Source: Octopus vulgaris (taxonomy: Eukaryota). Taken from it: DNA of 64,000 bases. Location of the stretch: the NCBI GenBank assembly GCA_951406725.2, contig OX597814.1, positions 209,002,001 through 209,066,000 on the forward strand. Reading direction: 5' to 3'. The notes under the pieces are model-generated. The model was not told the DNA's origin. It worked only from the letters and a program-made list of their open reading frames with translations, and made no database searches. The position numbers and the translations under genes were made by a program. Within the stretch, counting starts at the first letter, position 1; the number at the start of each line of letters is the position of its first letter. Of this stretch, positions 13,517-26,003 are shown piece after piece.

Positions 13517-13748
13517 GGCGGTGAGCTGGCAGAAACGTTAGCACGCCGGGCTAAATACGTAGCCATATTTCGTCTGTCGTTACTTTCCGAGTTCAAATTC
13601 CGCCGAGGTCAGCTTTACCTTTCATCCTTCCGGAGTCGATAAATTAAGTACCAGTCATGCACTGGGGGTCGATGTAATCGAATTAATCCCTTTGTCTGTC
13701 CTTGTTTGTCCCCTCTGTGTTTAGCCCCTTGTGGGTAGTAAAGAAATA
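13517..13748 (+). mobile_element. SINE family C, full length
   Basis: ggcggtgagctggcagaaacgttagc ... gagttcaaattcc ... cccttgtgggtagtaaagaaata; copies at 14785, 18081, 51629, 56824. Confidence 0.88.
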
Positions 13749-14784
13749 TATGCATTCAGGGAGTGAAGAGTAGTACTGTGATGTTTTATTGTTTTGGGGG
13801 CCTCCAGGACTGGTAGAAGACAGGCGTAAATTACTCTCAAACAAGAGACCAAGTTCAAATATTTGTAATTAAATGAAGTCTGCTAAAGGCACTCAAGGAC
13901 CGTGTAAAGGTGTTAAACCAAGAGGTAGATTACATTTACCATTCCAAAACTCTGGCATAAACAACTGGAACAAATACTGCAGGGCATCCTGTCTGGCACT
14001 TTTGTAATTCTTTCAGTCCATTCTTCTGAACTAGTTCTTCATCTTATCAACTCTGAAAACATAAAAGGCACACATGAATTTAGCAGGACTTGAACTCAGC
14101 ATGTAGAGATTCAGAACAAATACCACAAGGTAGTTTCTCCGATTTACCAATTTACCATCTAGATTTGACAATATACCACCAAGATAATACTCCTGTTCTT
14201 TCAGCATTGGTACTGTTTAATCTCCACCACTGAATCCCATTGAAAGATATAGTGGTAGATCATTAAATCAAATTTATTTATTTAAAAACAAGGAATCTTT
14301 ATTCATACAGTAATAGTTCGGAAAGAATAGTACAAATTAGAGAGAGCAACATTATTGAAAAAACAGAAAGAAAATAGTTCTGGCAGTATGATGAAAAGGA
14401 TTTTTTAAAAAAATGTATAAAGAACGAAAAAATAAAAAGAAAAAGATAAAATCATGCTGGAAGCATTGATTATTGAATTATGATTATGAATAAACATGAA
14501 TTCTATTTTTGAAAAAAAAAAAAAAATAGTTTCAATACAATAACTGATTTGATTTTAACTTGCAGGTGTTCCACTTTTTTTAATTTTTTTATTATATTCT
14601 TGTGTGTCTGTGTATTGGTGTATTTCTATGTATGCTTAATATTTTAATATGTAGTACTGTATAAAGAAACAATCAAAATATTCTCCTTTTCCCCCTACTC
14701 TCTTTCCCCCCCCACCTTACTCTTCAGACACACACACACATACAAATATATATATGTGCATATATAAATATATATATATATATA

Positions 14785-15010
14785 TGGCGGTGAGCTGGCA
14801 GAAACGTTAGCGCGTCGGACGAAATACTTAGCGGTATTTCATCTGTCGTTACGTTCTGAGTTCAAATTCCGCCAAGGTCGACTTTGCCTTTCATCCTCTC
14901 AGGGTCGATAAATAAAGTACCAGTTTCGCACTGGGTCGATATAATTGACTTAATCTTTTTGTCTGTCTTTGTTTGTCCCCTCTATGTTTAGCCCCTTGTG
15001 GGCAATAAAG

Positions 15011-15013
<3 letters not shown>
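14785..15013 (+). mobile_element. SINE family C inserted within a (TA)n tract
   Basis: Full-length homology; TA repeats on both flanks. Confidence 0.88.
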
Positions 15014-15066
<53 letters not shown>

Positions 15067-15133
15067 CTGTGCACATATACATGTACACACACACACACTT
15101 ATATAAATATATGTGCACATACATATATATGTA

Positions 15134-15518
15134 TCTTGTTTCAGTCATTACACTGTGGCCATTCTGGGGCATCACCTTGAAGAATTTCAGTCAGATGAGT
15201 CGACCACAGTACTTTTTCATTTTTTTCTTGAGTCTGGTACTTTTTCTATCTATCTCTTCTGCTGAACTGCTAAGTTATATTGAAATAAACACACCAACAC
15301 CTGTTGTTAAGCAGTGGTGACAGACAGACACACACACACACATACATATACACATACACACCGGGTTTCTTTTAGTTTCCATTGATCAAATCCACTCAAG
15401 GCTTTGTTGGCCTGAAGCTATAGTAGAAGACACTTGCCCAAAGTGGCATGCAGTGGGACTGAACCCAGAACCATATGGTTAGAAAGCAAACTTCTTACCA
15501 CACAGCCATGCCTGTACC
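15134..15518 (-). mobile_element. SINE family A, diverged
   Basis: Homology to other SINE A copies. Confidence 0.8.
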
Positions 15519-15562
15519 TGTGTGTGTATTTTAAGCTATAAAATATTTATAGTTAAATACAT

Positions 15563-15793
15563 GCCACCGTGCCGATTGTGACCATTGCCAGCCTCTCCTG
15601 GCACGTAAAAAGCCCCCACTACACTCACGGAGTGGTTGGCATTAGGAAGGGCATCCAGCTGTAAAAACACTGCTAGATCAGACTGGAGCCTGGTGCAGCC
15701 TCCTGGCTTCCCAGACCCCCGGTCGAACCGTCCAACCCATGCTAGCATGGAAAATGGACGTTAAACGATGATGATGATGATAATGATGATGAT
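15563..15793 (+). mobile_element. RTE LINE 3' UTR fragment
   Basis: Homology to the 27350 3' UTR; GAT tail. Confidence 0.85.
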
Positions 15794-16189
15794 GAAATAC
15801 AAAATATGAAAACTTTTTAAAAGGAAAAGTCAGGGTACTATATGTACTTGTTGCTTGAAAGAGGAGTTAAAACCCTCCAAAACCACACACCTCTCACAAT
15901 ATACAAACACGCATGAAGAATATAGCAAATATATTTCTCTGAAGCAGTCCTCCCATTTTAAAAATAAATTTTGTAAAATACAAATAAGATCATAGGTATC
16001 CTAGAATCAATTGATTTCACTTTCTGTGTTGAATGAACACTTAAAGCTCGTCAGCTAGGCTTACTACATAAACTGTTTTAAAAAACATGTTTACCTGTCC
16101 ATATGTCTTGTTCAACTGAAGGCCCTGCAAATTCCAAATGAATGTTAGTGAGCAAGAATTTAAAATTCAAATAAATTATCATTATCTAT

Positions 16190-16359
16190 GCATAGGAGTG
16201 GCTGTGTGGTAAGCAGCTTGCTTATCAACCACATGGTCCCGGGTTCAGTCCCACTATGTGACACCTTGGGCAAGTGTCTTCTACTATAGCCTCGGGCCGA
16301 CCAAAGTCTTGTGAGTGGATTTGGTAGACAGAAACTAAAAGAAGCCTGTTGTATATATG

Positions 16360-16392
<33 letters not shown>

Positions 16393-16620
16393 GCATGTGT
16401 GTGTATAGGTTTGTGTGTCTGTTTGTCTCACCAACATCGCTTGACAACCGATGCTGGTGTGTTTGCATCCCCGTAACTTAGCGGTTCAGCAAAATAGACC
16501 GCTAGAAAAAGTACTAGGCCTACAAAGAATTAGTCCAGGGGTCGATTTGCTCGACTAAATGTGATGCTCCAGCATGGCCACAGTGAAATGACTGAAACAA
16601 GTAAAAGAGTAAAAAGAGAG
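16190..16620 (+). mobile_element. SINE family A, full length
   Basis: Homology; gtaaaagagtaaaa tail. Confidence 0.88.
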
Positions 16621-16822
16621 TATAAAAATAATGATAAAGTGTTTACATATTGTAAGAGTCATGTGGTTTTGGAGGGTTTTAACTCTTCTTTTAAGCAAAC
16701 AGGTATATATTGCACCCTGACTGTTTATTATATATTTCACTTATTTGAATTATGTTTGCTGGCCACTTTGTCATTATTTTTATAGATAATGATAACTTAT
16801 TTGAATTTTAAATGTATTTAAA

Positions 16823-17210
16823 TCTATATATATAAAGCTGAAGTTGTCTGTGTGTGGCAGGTTTGGTAGCCTTCAACTAACACTTTCTCCTTCGAGACTG
16901 CAGCTCAAGTTGACCAAAATTGAGAGTATGATAGAAGAAGGCTTGCTATTCCTTCCGTAGAAGAAAAAATTCAAATCGGACCATATTAAGACCAAAAATT
17001 ATTTACATCTAAAAGGTGCTTTTTTTCTATGAAAATCCCTATTTTTTACGATTTTTTGACTGCTGTGTCACCATTTTGCGGTGTATTTCAACCAGAAAAA
17101 TGTTCACTTAAAGAGAATAACAAGCTACATAATGAAAATTTTTTACTTTTCAAAAAATCCAATTCTAAAGGGTTGAAACAAACCCGAGCAACACCGGGCG
17201 ATATTGCCAG
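16823..17210 (+). mobile_element. Non-autonomous Helitron (second internal type)
   Basis: 5' tctatatatataaagctgaagttgtctgtg and 3' acaaacccgagcaacaccgggcgatattgccag match the termini of the 1031 family; the middle is different. Confidence 0.8.
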
Positions 17211-17357
17211 TATATATATATAAATACATGCGGAGGCATGGCAGTATGGCTGAGAAATTCACTTCCCAACCATGTATCTTCATATTCAGTCACACTTCAT
17301 GTTATCTTGTACATATGCCTTTTATAATATAGACTTGTCAAGGTATTTGGAAGACAG

Positions 17358-17393
<36 letters not shown>

Positions 17394-17553
17394 TTAATAA
17401 AAGGGTTCAGCAAAGATGAACTCTTTTATTTGCTGAACTCTTTTATTAAGTATTACTTAAGTTTACTGTGAAATGGTCCTTTTTCATACCGAATTCTACT
17501 TGGTGAAATTATTGATTACTTCTTAATTAATTAATTTTACCCTTTGTTATTAT

Positions 17554-17594
<41 letters not shown>

Positions 17595-18080
17595 GTGTGT
17601 GTGTGTGTGTCTCGCTATCTACCTGTGTGTATGTTTGTGTGTCAGTTGATTTACAATCAATTCAGAATTTCAACAACAAACAATGACATCACAGTTTGCA
17701 ACTCTGTTACAAGTGGTGTCATCACCACTTGTGGCTGAGCTACAACAGGGACCATTTATTGACATTCCCGCTGAGAAACGATCAGCTTGTTCTGCCATTG
17801 TGAATTTCTCTGGAATAAAAATTCCTTACTTAAAAAACTCTAGATAGAGGTCCTTATCAGGAAGAACATTTGGCTGCAAAAACCATTTACCAAATACTAA
17901 CCCCTATTTCAGCCATGCTTCCTTGGAAAACACGTTAAACCAGTGATACATATGCATACAGACACACACATAACATGCATACATACATGTACACATACAT
18001 GCAAATCATAATGTGTGGTAATATATACACAAATATGTATTTTACACAGTGCTAGCATTATTTGATATAGAACTCAATAT

Positions 18081-18523
18081 AGGGTGGTGAGCTGGCAGAA
18101 TCGTTAGCATGCTGGATGAAATGCTTAGCGGTATTTCGCCCGTCGTTATGTTCTGAGTTCAAATTCTGCCGAGGTCAACTTTGCCTTTCATCCTTTCGGG
18201 GTCGATAAATTAAGTACCAGTTATGCACTGGGGTCGATGTAATCGACTTAATCCCTTTGTTTGTCCTTGTTTGTCCCCTCTATGTTTAGGCCCTTGTGGG
18301 CAATAAAGAAATAAGAATCGTTAGCATGCTGGATGAAATGCTTAGCGGTATTTTGCCTGTCGTTATGTTCTGAGTTCAAATTCTGCCGAGGTCAACTTTG
18401 CCTTTCATCCTTTCAGGGTCAATAAATTAAGTACCTCTAGAGTCGATGTAATCGACTTAATCCCTTTGTCTGTCCTTGTTTGTCCCCTCTGTGTTTAGCC
18501 TCCTGTGGGCAATAAAGAAATAA
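18081..18523 (+). mobile_element. SINE family C tandem dimer
   Basis: Two consecutive units; the second starts at gaatcgttagc (~18315). Confidence 0.85.
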
Positions 18524-18812
18524 TTGTATGATTGGGGAGTGGATATCTATGTCTGTCTGTCTATCTCTCTACCTATCTACCTATGTATGTATGTATGTAT
18601 GTATGTATGTATGTATGTATGTATGTATGTATGCATGCATGCATGCATGCATGCATGTATGTATGTATGTATGTATGTATGTATATACACACACACACAT
18701 ACATTGTATTTATATACAATCATACCTCAACCTATGTTGTTAATTGGTTCCAGAGGACACGACTTAAGTCAGAAAATGACAAGTCGAAATAACCATTATT
18801 TTAATGTATATA

Positions 18813-20383
18813 CAGTTGCGGCCAAAATGTTCAGAATGGCATTGTTTTCATCAGAAAAGTAGATATAATTTTTTATCAAAGTTGTTTTATATTCTATAAT
18901 TTTCACAGACAATATGATATTTTTTGTTATTGCCTGAGATTTTGGTATAATTTGAGAGGATAATACAAAAGTTATGGATGATTTAGTGATTTACTGCAAA
19001 ACCCATGGTGGCCAAAATGATCAGAAAGGTTGCTTTTACTCCATGTTTTAGTATATTTAACCGGCGAACTCTAATGTTTTGAATTTGTTTACCTGACGGT
19101 TCGTTTACTAAACATTACTAAGAATATCTGCAGTGTACTTTGTTAATATAATGCCACTTACTCCGTTACCAATTCGTCAGCAGATTGTTAAGCTTCGAAA
19201 GAAGGATAATTTAAGTATTGGGTCTATTGCAAAGATTGTTAACAAGTGAAAAAGTGTTGTACACGTGGTTCGTGTGAAGCAAGAAAATCTACAGGTAGGC
19301 CAAGAAAAACGACCAAGAGAGAAGATCGTGCTATGGTAAAGTTGGTTAAAAAGGACAGATTTAAAACTGCTGCTGCTGTTTCTCGGGAAATGAGCATTGT
19401 ACTGAAGAAAACTTTATCTTGAAAAACTGTCTCCTCGTTTAGTTGAACATGACCTACAAGCAAGAGCACCTGCAGTGAAGCCACTGATCAGCTCCAAGAA
19501 TAAAAAGTGTCGTCTTACCTTTGCAACCGAACATGTGTTGTGGTCTCAAGAAAAATGGCAAACGGTGCATTTCAGTGATGAATCTAAGTTTATGCTATTT
19601 GGCTCAGTAGGTGAAAAATTGTTGCCTAAATGCCTTAAGACTAGTGTTAAATTCGATGAAGGAAGTGTCATGGTTTGGGGAATGATATCTGGAGATGGTG
19701 TGGGCCCTTTGGTGCGATTACATGGAAAGTTAAATGCAAGAGTTTATAAACAAGTTGTAAAAGATCATGTCTTGCCTGTGCTGAGAAATTCAACTAAGCG
19801 ACCACCCATATTCATGCAGGACAATGCCCCATGTCACAAGGCTAAGGTGGTCATGAACTTCCTCAAGGCTGAAAAGGTTATTGTTATGGATTGGCCAGCT
19901 CAAAGCCCAGATCTCAATCCTATTGAAAATGTGTGGAATATTCTAGGAGAACATTCGAAAGCCAGAAATCTTAAAACAACTGAGCAATTATGGAATGTCC
20001 TTCAGGAAGAATGGAATAAGATCACCCAGCAAGAAATTGAAAATTTAATTTCCTCATGCAGTCGAAGATGTCAGAGTGTGATTGAAGCTAAAGGGCTTCA
20101 CACTAAATATTAAATAATTCCAGTATTCTCTGTCATTTTTGATTATTTTGTTATTTTTTCAACTGTTCTGATCATTTTGGCCGCCATGGGTTTTGCAGTA
20201 AATCACTAAATCGTCCATAACTTTTGTATTATCCTCTCAAATTACACCAAAATCTCAGACAATAACAATTAATATTGTATTTATTGTCTGTGAAAATTAT
20301 AGAATATAAAACAACTTTGATAAAAACTTATACCTACTTTTCTGACGAAAACAATGCCGTTCTGAACATTTTGGCTGCAACTG
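18813..20383 (+). mobile_element. Tc1-family DNA transposon (IR/DR type), about 1.57 kb
   Basis: TA TSD; ~215-bp TIRs cagttgcggccaaaatgttcagaa... / ...ttctgaacattttggctgcaactg with internal direct repeat ggccaaaatgatcagaa. Confidence 0.95.
19151..20113 (+). pseudogene. Tc1 transposase (DD34E), N-terminus disrupted
   Basis: ATG at 19151, MPLTPLPIRQQIVKLRK, then stop and deletions; ORF 19475-20113 has FSDESKF, MQDNAPCH, 34 residues, then E in WPAQSPDLNPIENVW. Confidence 0.92.
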
Positions 20384-20711
20384 TACATGTAATAATTAAA
20401 ACCTAGGCTAGCCTAGGTAGTTTTTATATTAGCCTTCGAATTCGGTAAATTGTTAGGCAAGCCTAGGCTGCTTTTATATTAGAAATAATTTCAAATACTG
20501 TACTGTTGTCTACCTGATGGTGTTACTCATTGAGGCTGGTGTAGGAGGAGGAGGGGATTACATGCTAGATGTTGATGGTTCGGGATCATCAGCTGCCTCC
20601 TATTGTGATGGTGTAGATCGTTGTGTGAATTTGTCTAAAGTTCTTTGAATAGTCTTTTTCTTCTTCTTTTCAAGGATTAGGTAATATGGTGCAATAGTAT
20701 CTTGACAACCC

Positions 20712-20928
20712 CTCTTTTACTCTTTTACTCGTTTCAGTCATTTGACTGCGGCCATGCTGGAGCACCGCCTTTAGTCGAGCAAATCGACCCCGGGACTTAT
20801 TCTTTGTAAGCCCAGTACTTATTCTATTGGTCCCTTTTGCCGAACCGCTAAGTGACGGGGACGTAAACACACCAGCATCGGTTGTCAAGCAATGCTAGGG
20901 AGACAAACACAGACACACAAACACATAC

Positions 20929-20987
<59 letters not shown>

Positions 20988-21162
20988 CATACATATATAC
21001 AACAGGCTTCTTTTCAGTTTCCGTCTACCAAATCCACTCACAAAGCTTTGGTCGGCCCGGGGCTATAGCAGAAGACGCTTGCCCAAGATGCCATGCAGTG
21101 GGACTGAACCCGGAACCATGTGGTTGGTTAGCAAGCTACTTACCACACAGCCATCCCTGCCC
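20712..21162 (-). mobile_element. SINE family A inserted in the pogo transposase relic
   Basis: Full homology; the pogo peptide resumes on both sides. Confidence 0.9.
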
Positions 21163-21900
21163 AATATTTTTACAAAACGTTGTGCATTGGGATCTGTCTC
21201 CTCAAATAAAGCAAGACATTTATCTAAACGAGAAAAGCCCTTTTGCCTTTCCTTCGATGTAAAATGATGCAGCTCGTGATCAATGATGCATACTGTGTTT
21301 TTAACATTAATCTTAATAAGCTATACAGATTATATGTTCCTATTGCTTTTTTATTTGTTTATTTCCTGGAGACGAATACAAACGTAGCCAATCGATACAA
21401 CCTGGAACTGACAGTACAGTATAGTATGAACGTTATTGCTGTTTTGCCAGGTGATGTAAATTAATACAGTAGTTAATGTTTAATATTTTAGAAAGACAGA
21501 CGTATCTTTGGAAATGATGTAAGTTGAAATGACTTAACCAGAGGTATATGCGTGTGTGTGTATATATATATATCTAGCATGGAAAATGAACATTAAACGA
21601 TGATGATGATGATATATATATATATATATTTAGTTATTCTACCAAATATATGTTTTATTTATTATTTTGCACATTACTTAATCATCATTATATGTTTTAT
21701 CTTATATTTAATCTTTCTATAATATGTAATTTTTCTAAATGGTATAATTTAATTTTTCCTTATTGAATTGATAAAAGGTGGTTTTTCTTTCTAATTTATA
21801 TATATGTGTATATATATATATATATATTATATTTTGTGAAATTTGATTTAGTATTTATAAATTGAATTTTCCCTTTAAGTTTGGAACAATATTCCCTCAT

Positions 21901-21934
<34 letters not shown>

Positions 21935-22089
21935 CATCATCAGCATCATTGTTTAACATCTGTTTTCCATGCTGGCATGGGTTGGATGGTTTCACTGGAG
22001 ACTGGCAAGCCAGGAGGCTGCACCTGGTTCCAATCTTATCTGGCAAGGTTTCTATAGCTGGATGCCCTTCTTAACGCCAACCATGGCTC

Positions 22090-22700
22090 TGGCAGCAAAC
22101 CATAGGTTACATGCATCACAGAACTCCAGTAGCTTAGTTCCCTCATTGTTTCAGGAACCAATTCATTGGCTGCCATGAACACCATAGAAGATACTGGATT
22201 GCCGTCTGACATGCCCATTAAAATTTCCAGCTACAAAGATGAGGTCATTATGATTTGTCTTTGAGGTTGTCTGTAGAAGGGTTTCATAAAAGTGGTCCTT
22301 CTGATTGTTTGGCTGACCTGCTTATGGGGGGTAGGCAGAAATGATTGTAGCTACACTATTCTGCAGGACTAGTCTGAGCTTAAGCACTCTATCACATACC
22401 CTGACTACCTCTATGACCTTATCCACCCATTTCTCGGCAAGGTGTATGCCTACACCCCCTACTCCATCACTGTTACCTTCCCAGAAGATTTTATAGCTAT
22501 GTGCCTTGCCTGTGAGAACCCTGGCTGAAGCTCCTCTCCACCTTACCTCTTGTCTGCAGCATACATCAACATGTCTCCGTTCAGGCATCTCTACCATCTC
22601 ACTAGACCTATCTTTCAGTGTGCTTTCATTGACAGTGCCAACTCTAAAAACAAGCAAAAGAATGTGGGAGGAGACATGGGGAGGGGAGATGTTATTCAAT
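22090..22700 (-). pseudogene. RTE LINE APE endonuclease domain fragment (frameshifted)
   Basis: FRVGTVN...CCRQEVRWRG...GVGGVG...DRVLKLRL...IISAY; continues after a frameshift as VAGNFNGHV...NNEGTKLLEFC. Confidence 0.88.
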
Positions 22701-22961
22701 GCCTGAAAAGAAGAAGGTTTTTGTGTTCGTTTGATAGACATGCTACACCTGTTCTCACTTTCGACCTATGGTAGTCTACTCTCGACCTGTGGTTCTCTAC
22801 TATCATATATGCCTCTAAGCAGAAATGCTGTCATGAGGCCCCTTTTATCAGGTCCTGATCAGACAAGTGTAACACACACATGCACACATATATATGAATA
22901 TATAACTATGCATGTGTGCACACACACATGCCTGAATGTGTGTGTATGTGTATATATATAT

Positions 22962-23122
22962 ATCATCATCATCATCATTTAATGTCCGTTGCCCATGCTG
23001 GGTTTGACCAGAGCTGGTAAGCTGGAAGGCTGCACCAGACTCCAATCTGATTTGGCATGGTTTTCTACAGCTGGATGCCCTTCCTAATGCCAGCCACTCT
23101 GAGAGTGTAAAGGGTGCTTTAA
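22962..23122 (-). mobile_element. RTE 3' tail, truncated at the first module
   Basis: Homology; CAT repeats. Confidence 0.75.
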
Positions 23123-23399
23123 TGTAATATATATATATATATATATATATATATCTTCATTATCATCATCATCATTTAATGTCTGTTTCGTATGTTTGCA
23201 TGGATTTGATGGTTTGAGGGGATCTGACAAACTGCATGGCTGTGTGAAGCCCTATGTTGGATTTTGCATGGCTTCTACAGCTAGATGTCCTTCCTAATGC
23301 CAGCCACTTTATAGACTGTACTGGGTCGTTTTATCACTAGTGCTACTGGCACTAGTGATAAAGATGTGGCCAGAAGTGAGGTGAATATAATGTGCTTAA

Positions 23400-23797
23400 G
23401 GCAGCGAGCTGGCAGAAATATTAGCACACCGGACGAAATGCTTAGCGGTATTTCGTCTGCTGCTACGTTCTGAGTTCAAATTCCGCAGAAGTCGACTTTG
23501 CTTTTCATCCTTTTGGGGTCGATAAATTAAGTACCAGTTACACACTGGGGTCGATGTAATTGACTTAATCCATTTGTCTGTCCTTGTTTGTCCCCTCTGT
23601 GTTTAGCCCCTTGTGGGTTGTAAAGAAATAGGTATTTTGTGTTTTTACATTCTGAGTTCAAATTCCGCTGAGGACGACTTTGCCTTTCATCCTTTTCGGG
23701 TTGATAAATTAAGTACCAGTTGCATTCTGGAGTTGATCTAATCGACTGGCCCCTCCTCCCCAAAAATTTTGGGCCTTGTGCCTAGAATAGAAAAGGA
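23400..23797 (+). mobile_element. SINE family C partial dimer with alternative 3' end
   Basis: Two core domains; the second ends ...gggccttgtgcctagaatagaaaagg. Confidence 0.8.
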
Positions 23798-24019
23798 TAT
23801 AATATATGCTGATTCTGCTTTCAGGGGATTACAGCAGCTGAGTAGTCTCATAGATGGGGAGGGGAGATAGATATTAGGGGATGGGAATAGAGGGGTGAAA
23901 TGCTTAATAGGTCAGAGTGAGAAGTGTTGGGGACATAGCCCTGCATGTATGAACATAACTAAGTGACTTTAGGACACTTGGTTGTGCTGAAATGGACAGG
24001 TCTTATTGTGCACAATAAA

Positions 24020-24680
24020 ACACCAATCATCTTGGGCCTTTGTCATTTCCTCAGTAAGACTCAGTATCTTGAGATCAGCCTTCAGTACCTTATCCCATGT
24101 TTTCCTAGGATTACTTCTTCCACAAGTTCTATCCACTTTAATCGATCAGCACTTTTATATGCAGCTGTCCTCATCCATATGCATCACATGACCATACCAG
24201 TGCAGTTTTCTCTCTTGCACACTACATTTGAGTCTTCTCATGCCTTACTTTTCTCTCAACATATTTGCACTTTGTTATACATGCACACTGGCATTGCAAA
24301 GCTTGTAGAGCATACCAGCTTCATTCCTCTCCAGTCTTCACATGTCCTTTGCACTCAGGACGCACGACTCACTACCCTGTACCATTGCTGTATGCACACA
24401 TGCACCATACAATCTGCCTTTCAGTCAGAGAAACCAACCATTTGTTGCCAACAGTTAATTGCTCTCTGTACTTTCTCCATCATATTCTAGCAACTTCACT
24501 TTCAGGACATCCTCCTCCTCCACTACTAATTAGGTTGCCTGGGTGACAGAATATATCTACTATTGCTAGGGACCCTCCGGGATATTTGAGGGAATTAATT
24601 TCCTGTGCATCGCTGGTGTTTATGGCACCTTTGCATCTTCTTTAACCTTCCTGTGATTCTGCTGCACCTTGTGTGTTCCC
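24020..24680 (-). pseudogene. Degenerate RTE LINE RT C-terminal fragment
   Basis: Colinear similarity to 27900-28500 (catgaccataccag, ctctcttgcacact, attctagcaact). Confidence 0.75.
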
Positions 24681-24754
24681 ATCATCATCATCATCTTTGT
24701 TTTAACATCCACTTTTCAGTGCTTGCTTATACAGTCTTATATATCTGTTATAGT

Positions 24755-25262
24755 GGAGGTGCGTGACTTAGTGGTTAGAGTGTTGAACTTATGATCGTAA
24801 GGTTGTGGATTTGATTCCTGGAATTGGCGATGCGTTGTGTCCTTGAGCAAAACACTTCATTTCACATTGCTTCAGAACACTCAGCTGGCAAAAATGAGTA
24901 ATCCTGCGACGGACCAGCGTCCCATCCAGGTGGGGAATATATACGCCTCTGAAACCGGAAAACCGGCCCTTTGTGTGCCTGGCATAGCTCAAGAAGGAAC
25001 ATTTATTTTTTAAGTGGAGGCGCATGGCTTAGTGGTTAGGATGTCAGCACCATGATCGTAAGATTGTGGTTTCAATTCCTGGACTGGGTGACACGTTGTG
25101 TTCTTAAGCAAAACACTTCATTTCACATTGCTTCAGTCCACTCAGCTGGCAAAAATGAGTAATCCTGCGATGGACCGGTGTCCCGTCCATCTGGGGAACA
25201 CATATGCCACAGAAACCAGGAAACTGGGCCCATGAGCCTGGCTAGGCTTTAAAAGGGTGCAT
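24755..25262 (+). mobile_element. Two tandem copies of a SINE E-related tRNA SINE
   Basis: ggaggcgcatggcttagtggttag heads at 24755 and 25016; shared core ttgagcaaaacacttcatttcacattgc. Confidence 0.8.
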
Positions 25263-25272
25263 TTATATTATT

Positions 25273-25440
25273 ATAAGTTAAGTTAATTTTTGGCTCAAAA
25301 AGCAAAAAGCAAAGCCATGTAGGGGGACATGAAGTTATGTACAGGGAGGGTGTTCATGCGAAGAGCTCAGGCCATTTCTGGTCAAGAGAGACTTTGAACT
25401 GAGCGGTCGTCGCCATCTTCACTATCTCGTCCGGCAGCTT
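25273..25440 (-). mobile_element. CR1-clade LINE 3' end (short)
   Basis: Matches 34203-34370; (TTAAC)n tail. Confidence 0.8.
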
Positions 25441-26003
25441 TGTTATAACATCTACTTTTCAGTGCTTGCTTATACAGTCTTATATATCTATAAATGTGTG
25501 TGTTTACGTGTCTATAAATGTTTGTGTTTACGTGTGCTTATATTTGTTGCTTCGTGTTGAGTGTAGTATATCGACATCCAGTATATCGACATCCACGGTA
25601 AAAAGAAAAAATGGTGCTTCACGAACAAAATTACTTGTACTAAGTTAGACACTTCCTTGTCAATCTTATCATCTGAAATGCATTGAAGCAGTGATTGGCC
25701 CTTCGGAAAAACATCTCCAATGACACTGTTGTTTACAAGTTGCAATACGAAATAGATAATAAAAATACGTGATTTCTCTTCAATCTCCACAGATATTTTG
25801 CACCTGGTACCCATATCTCGTATCATATTCATCACACTTTTTACTCATGCTTCATTCAGTTTGTATTTCGGTTACATTGGCATAGGCATGGCTGTGTGGT
25901 TAAGAAGCTCGCTTTGCAACCTCATGATTTCAGGTTCAGTCTCACTGTGTGGTATGCCGGGCAAGTGTCTTCTCTTATAGCCCTGGGCTGACAAATGCCT
26001 CAA

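Larger units (their letters stand above)
18716..21547 (-). mobile_element. Internally deleted pogo/Tigger-like DNA transposon hosting a Tc1 and a SINE A
   Basis: Minus-strand translation across the SINE: HFTSKERQKGFSRLDKCLALFEETDPNAQRFVKIL (21160-21270) then CQDTIAPYYLILEKKKKKTIQRTLDKF (20625-20710), a Tigger-type C-terminus with PIP-box-like motif; degenerate ends caatcatacctcaacctatg / gacttaaccagaggtat. Confidence 0.7.
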
